Below are positions 60,709 to 62,841 of a stretch of 62,841 bases of DNA, in pieces (positions within the stretch are counted from its first letter, which is position 1; every line of letters starts with the position of its first letter). The stretch is from IMG/VR virus record IMGVR_UViG_3300046167_000691, positions 1 to 62,841 of that record. One strand, given 5' to 3'. The notes below the pieces were generated by a model, which made no database searches, had not been told where the DNA came from, and was given only the letters and a program-made list of their open reading frames with translations. The translations under genes were made by a program, and so were the position numbers. The DNA is from a virus. Its lineage: Duplodnaviria; Caudoviricetes.

Positions 60709-60740
60709 AGTTTATTATATTTAATTATTATTATTTACTT

Positions 60741-60763
60741 TATTATATATTAATAGTCGTTTT
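60741..60763 (-). promoter_or_regulatory. Early-class promoter
   Basis: AAAACGAC-N8-TATAAT. Confidence 0.75.
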
Positions 60764-60765
60764 TA

Positions 60766-60921
60766 TTATATTATATTTAACTCCATTAATATAGATTCTT
60801 CAATGTCTTCATTTAAGAATTGTGTAGAGTCATACTCTAGCTTCATAGTTTCTATTAGTTCTTCGATCTCCCGTAATCTACCGGGATATTGTAGTTCGAT
60901 TTGACTTTGTATTCTATTCAT
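60766..60921 (-). CDS. Early acidic micro-ORF, 51 aa
   Basis: MNRIQSQIELQYPGRLREIEE..., translated by eye. Confidence 0.65.
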   Translation of the reverse strand: MNRIQSQIELQYPGRLREIEELIETMKLEYDSTQFLNEDIEESILMELNII

Positions 60922-60957
60922 AGTTTATTATATTTATAGTTATTAATTATTTAAATT

Positions 60958-60980
60958 TATTATATATTTATAGTCGTTTT
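60958..60980 (-). promoter_or_regulatory. Early-class promoter
   Basis: AAAACGAC-N8-TATAAT. Confidence 0.75.
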
Positions 60981-61067
60981 TATTATTATACTCTATGACA
61001 ACGTGTCGGTACACTATGTCATGTCGAATTGTCATACCCTTTTTACTAAAATAATCTCTGATATTCA

Positions 61068-61096
61068 GTAGTTTTCACCAAAAACGTGTAATTATA
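61068..61096 (+). promoter_or_regulatory. Middle/late-class promoter with no downstream + ORF
   Basis: GTAGTTTT-N9-CGTGTAATTATA. Confidence 0.7.
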
Positions 61097-61122
61097 ATAG
61101 TATTTATAAAAACTCTTCTTTT

Positions 61123-61223
61123 AGTGTAATTTAGTTATATAGAGTTAACTTACTCACTGGTCTTATAGTGAGTCTTTGACTCTACTTTGTTAGTTTTACC
61201 TAACTAAATAGTATATTTACACT
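61123..61223 (+). ncRNA. Candidate structured RNA downstream of the late-class promoter
   Basis: Nested stems AGTGTAA/TTACACT, TAGAGTTAA/TTGACTCTA, ACTCACT/AGTGAGT, TTAGTT/AACTAA. Confidence 0.45.
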
Positions 61224-61246
61224 TAAATACCCTAGTGAGAACCGTT

Positions 61247-61462
61247 TTAACAACAATTACATCGATCCCACTCTTTACCGTTTCTACATGTTTCACCTAA
61301 AACTTCTAAATCGCAGAATTCTCGGTGATAGAACTCTATTAACTCTGTTGTAGTGAACTTCTTCCTCCACTGAGTTGTCTGTTCGATCCAGTGGTACTCA
61401 CCGGATTTTTCTACATTTCCGTCATTCATCCATTCTAACATTTCTTTAGTTACTTCATACAT
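61247..61462 (-). CDS. Early hypothetical protein, 71 aa
   Basis: ORF track. Confidence 0.7.
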   Translation of the reverse strand: MYEVTKEMLEWMNDGNVEKSGEYHWIEQTTQWRKKFTTTELIEFYHREFCDLEVLGETCRNGKEWDRCNCC

Positions 61463-61659
61463 AGTTATTATATTTAATTATTAGTTTATTATTAATTACA
61501 CTTTTATTATATATTACATGTCGTTTTTGCTATACACACACTCTGTTTTGTGGTGAAAGATCGATCTTTTTAGCTAAAATACGGTGAATTTGGCTAAAGA
61601 ACATAGGTATGCTATACACGCGGTGTAGATTACCGCATGTTACAGTCCGTTTTGACTAC

Positions 61660-61791
61660 CTAGCCAATAGTTAATTTATGGTGGTAGTCTCTGGCATACT
61701 CGATCACGCTCTCTTCCGTAATCATACCACGTAAATACTGGTTTAAGTTGTCAATCATAGCAATAGTTTCAATTCTGATCTGGTTATTCAT
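61660..61791 (-). CDS. Micro-ORF, 43 aa, present only in the right repeat copy
   Basis: MNNQIRIETIAMIDNLNQYLRGMITEESVIEYARDYHHKLTIG, translated by eye. Confidence 0.65.
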   Translation of the reverse strand: MNNQIRIETIAMIDNLNQYLRGMITEESVIEYARDYHHKLTIG

Positions 61792-61842
61792 AGTGTATAG
61801 CATTTTAAGTTATTAATTATTAATTATTATTTGAGCAAAAGC

Positions 61843-62160
61843 CTACTTTTCAGTAGACTTTGCTTCAGTTATTTCAGCTAGATGTCTAACTGTGCTCGGT
61901 AGGTTAGTACTCTGTGACCAGTACTTTCGCTTGATCCAACATGCTTGCAGTTGTAGCTTAGGCAGCATTGCATTGAGTATTGTATCATGACAGTATGTTA
62001 CAGTTTGCTTTTTGTTGTTAACAAAGGTGATCTGTTGGTTGCGACCGAGCCAAGACTCTCTGACTACAAAGTTTTTTCTGATGATCGGAGGCCAGATCTT
62101 AGCTTTATCTTCGTTTGACATTGTTTTTAGTGCTTTTTGCATAATTTCATTTGTGCTCAT
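61843..62160 (-). CDS. Early hypothetical protein, allele of 474-791
   Basis: ORF track; 2 aa differences. Confidence 0.85.
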   Translation of the reverse strand: MSTNEIMQKALKTMSNEDKAKIWPPIIRKNFVVRESWLGRNQQITFVNNKKQTVTYCHDTILNAMLPKLQLQACWIKRKYWSQSTNLPSTVRHLAEITEAKSTEK

Positions 62161-62391
62161 AATTTTTAATTTTAAGTTTATAATTTATTTTTAGTTTATA
62201 TATTAATATTATATATTAATAGTCGTTTTAGTTATTTTATATAAATTAATTAAATTTAATATTTATTTTTATATTTATTTTAATTATAATAATTATATTT
62301 ATTATTAACTACATTTATATTATATATATAGTGTCGTTTTTGCTATACACAATGCTATGCACATTTTGCGATAGAGTAAAAAAATGCTATA

Positions 62392-62467
62392 CGCAGCCGG
62401 ACCCCGGCTGGTTACCTCCGAGGTCAATTAGCTGAGGTCATCCCACCTCACACCAAGGTCCGATGCG
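62392..62467 (-). ncRNA. Three-way-junction RNA motif (repeat copy of 1023-1098)
   Basis: Single change, in the P2 loop (AGGGATGA to TGGGATGA). Confidence 0.65.
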
Positions 62468-62841
62468 CTAGACTGAAGCCCAGAACAGATCTCTCTGCTC
62501 CGGACTTAGTCCTTTTAAGTTCTCCTGTCCGAACATATCCAGACAGATCTGGGTTCTTCTCTCAGACTCAGCTATGCCTTGCATAACCTCATCCCATGCT
62601 TGCGAATTTGTTTTATACATATTAATTAGTTTGTGTTAGTGAGTTAAGATATTCTACTGCGAGCGCTAGCTCATAGTCATAGTTCATTGCTTGTGTGTAC
62701 AGGTACTCTTCATTGTAATTTTTCATATTAGTTTCGGATTGCGAAAGCTGCGGCAGCTCCCAGATTAGACATTACTTTTTTAATTTTGATAATTGCATTT
62801 TTCATATTATAGTTTTTATTAGTTACATTATTATTATATAT

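Larger units (their letters stand above)
61193..62841. repeat. Right copy of terminal redundancy (different allele)
   Basis: Matches 1-1472; also carries early promoters at 61505-61527, 62207-62229 and 62318-62340. Confidence 0.95.

Overview
An essentially complete ~61.2-kb dsDNA tailed-phage genome. Positions 1-1472 recur, imperfectly, at 61193-62841. The host is most likely a marine Bacteroidota (Flavobacteriia), judging from SD-less A-rich translation starts, a GNVGIGT-repeat fibre and a gene order like Cellulophaga phi38:1-type podoviruses. The + strand arm (2627-45078) holds fibres, GroEL/GroES, lysis genes, small basic proteins, terminase, portal, scaffold, MCP, tail genes (23.3-31.8 kb, broken by long-read-type indels) and ejection proteins including a 3161-aa giant. 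The - strand arm (47026 back to 45164, and 62841/2360 down to 47027) holds early micro-ORFs, a sigma-70-like factor, ERF, exonuclease, SSB, primase-helicase, ThyA, MazG, endonuclease I and a class II RNR. No RNA polymerase or DNA polymerase is visible. The best candidate for a new system is a two-tier, non-host transcription programme. There are 17 copies of an early motif AAAACGAC-N8-TATAAT and 6 copies of a middle/late motif GTAGYTTT...TRATTATA. The giant virion protein looks like a self-processing polyprotein (HEMGH zincin plus three xxS[KR]EIQ boundary motifs), with one segment resembling sigma region 2, i.e. a possible injected sigma factor. Other observations are a covarying three-way-junction RNA in two loci, a tRNA-like element within an ncRNA cluster, an over-represented polar TGCTATAC octamer, and heteroallelic terminal repeats. 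All protein calls are by-eye motif recognition; no searches were run.
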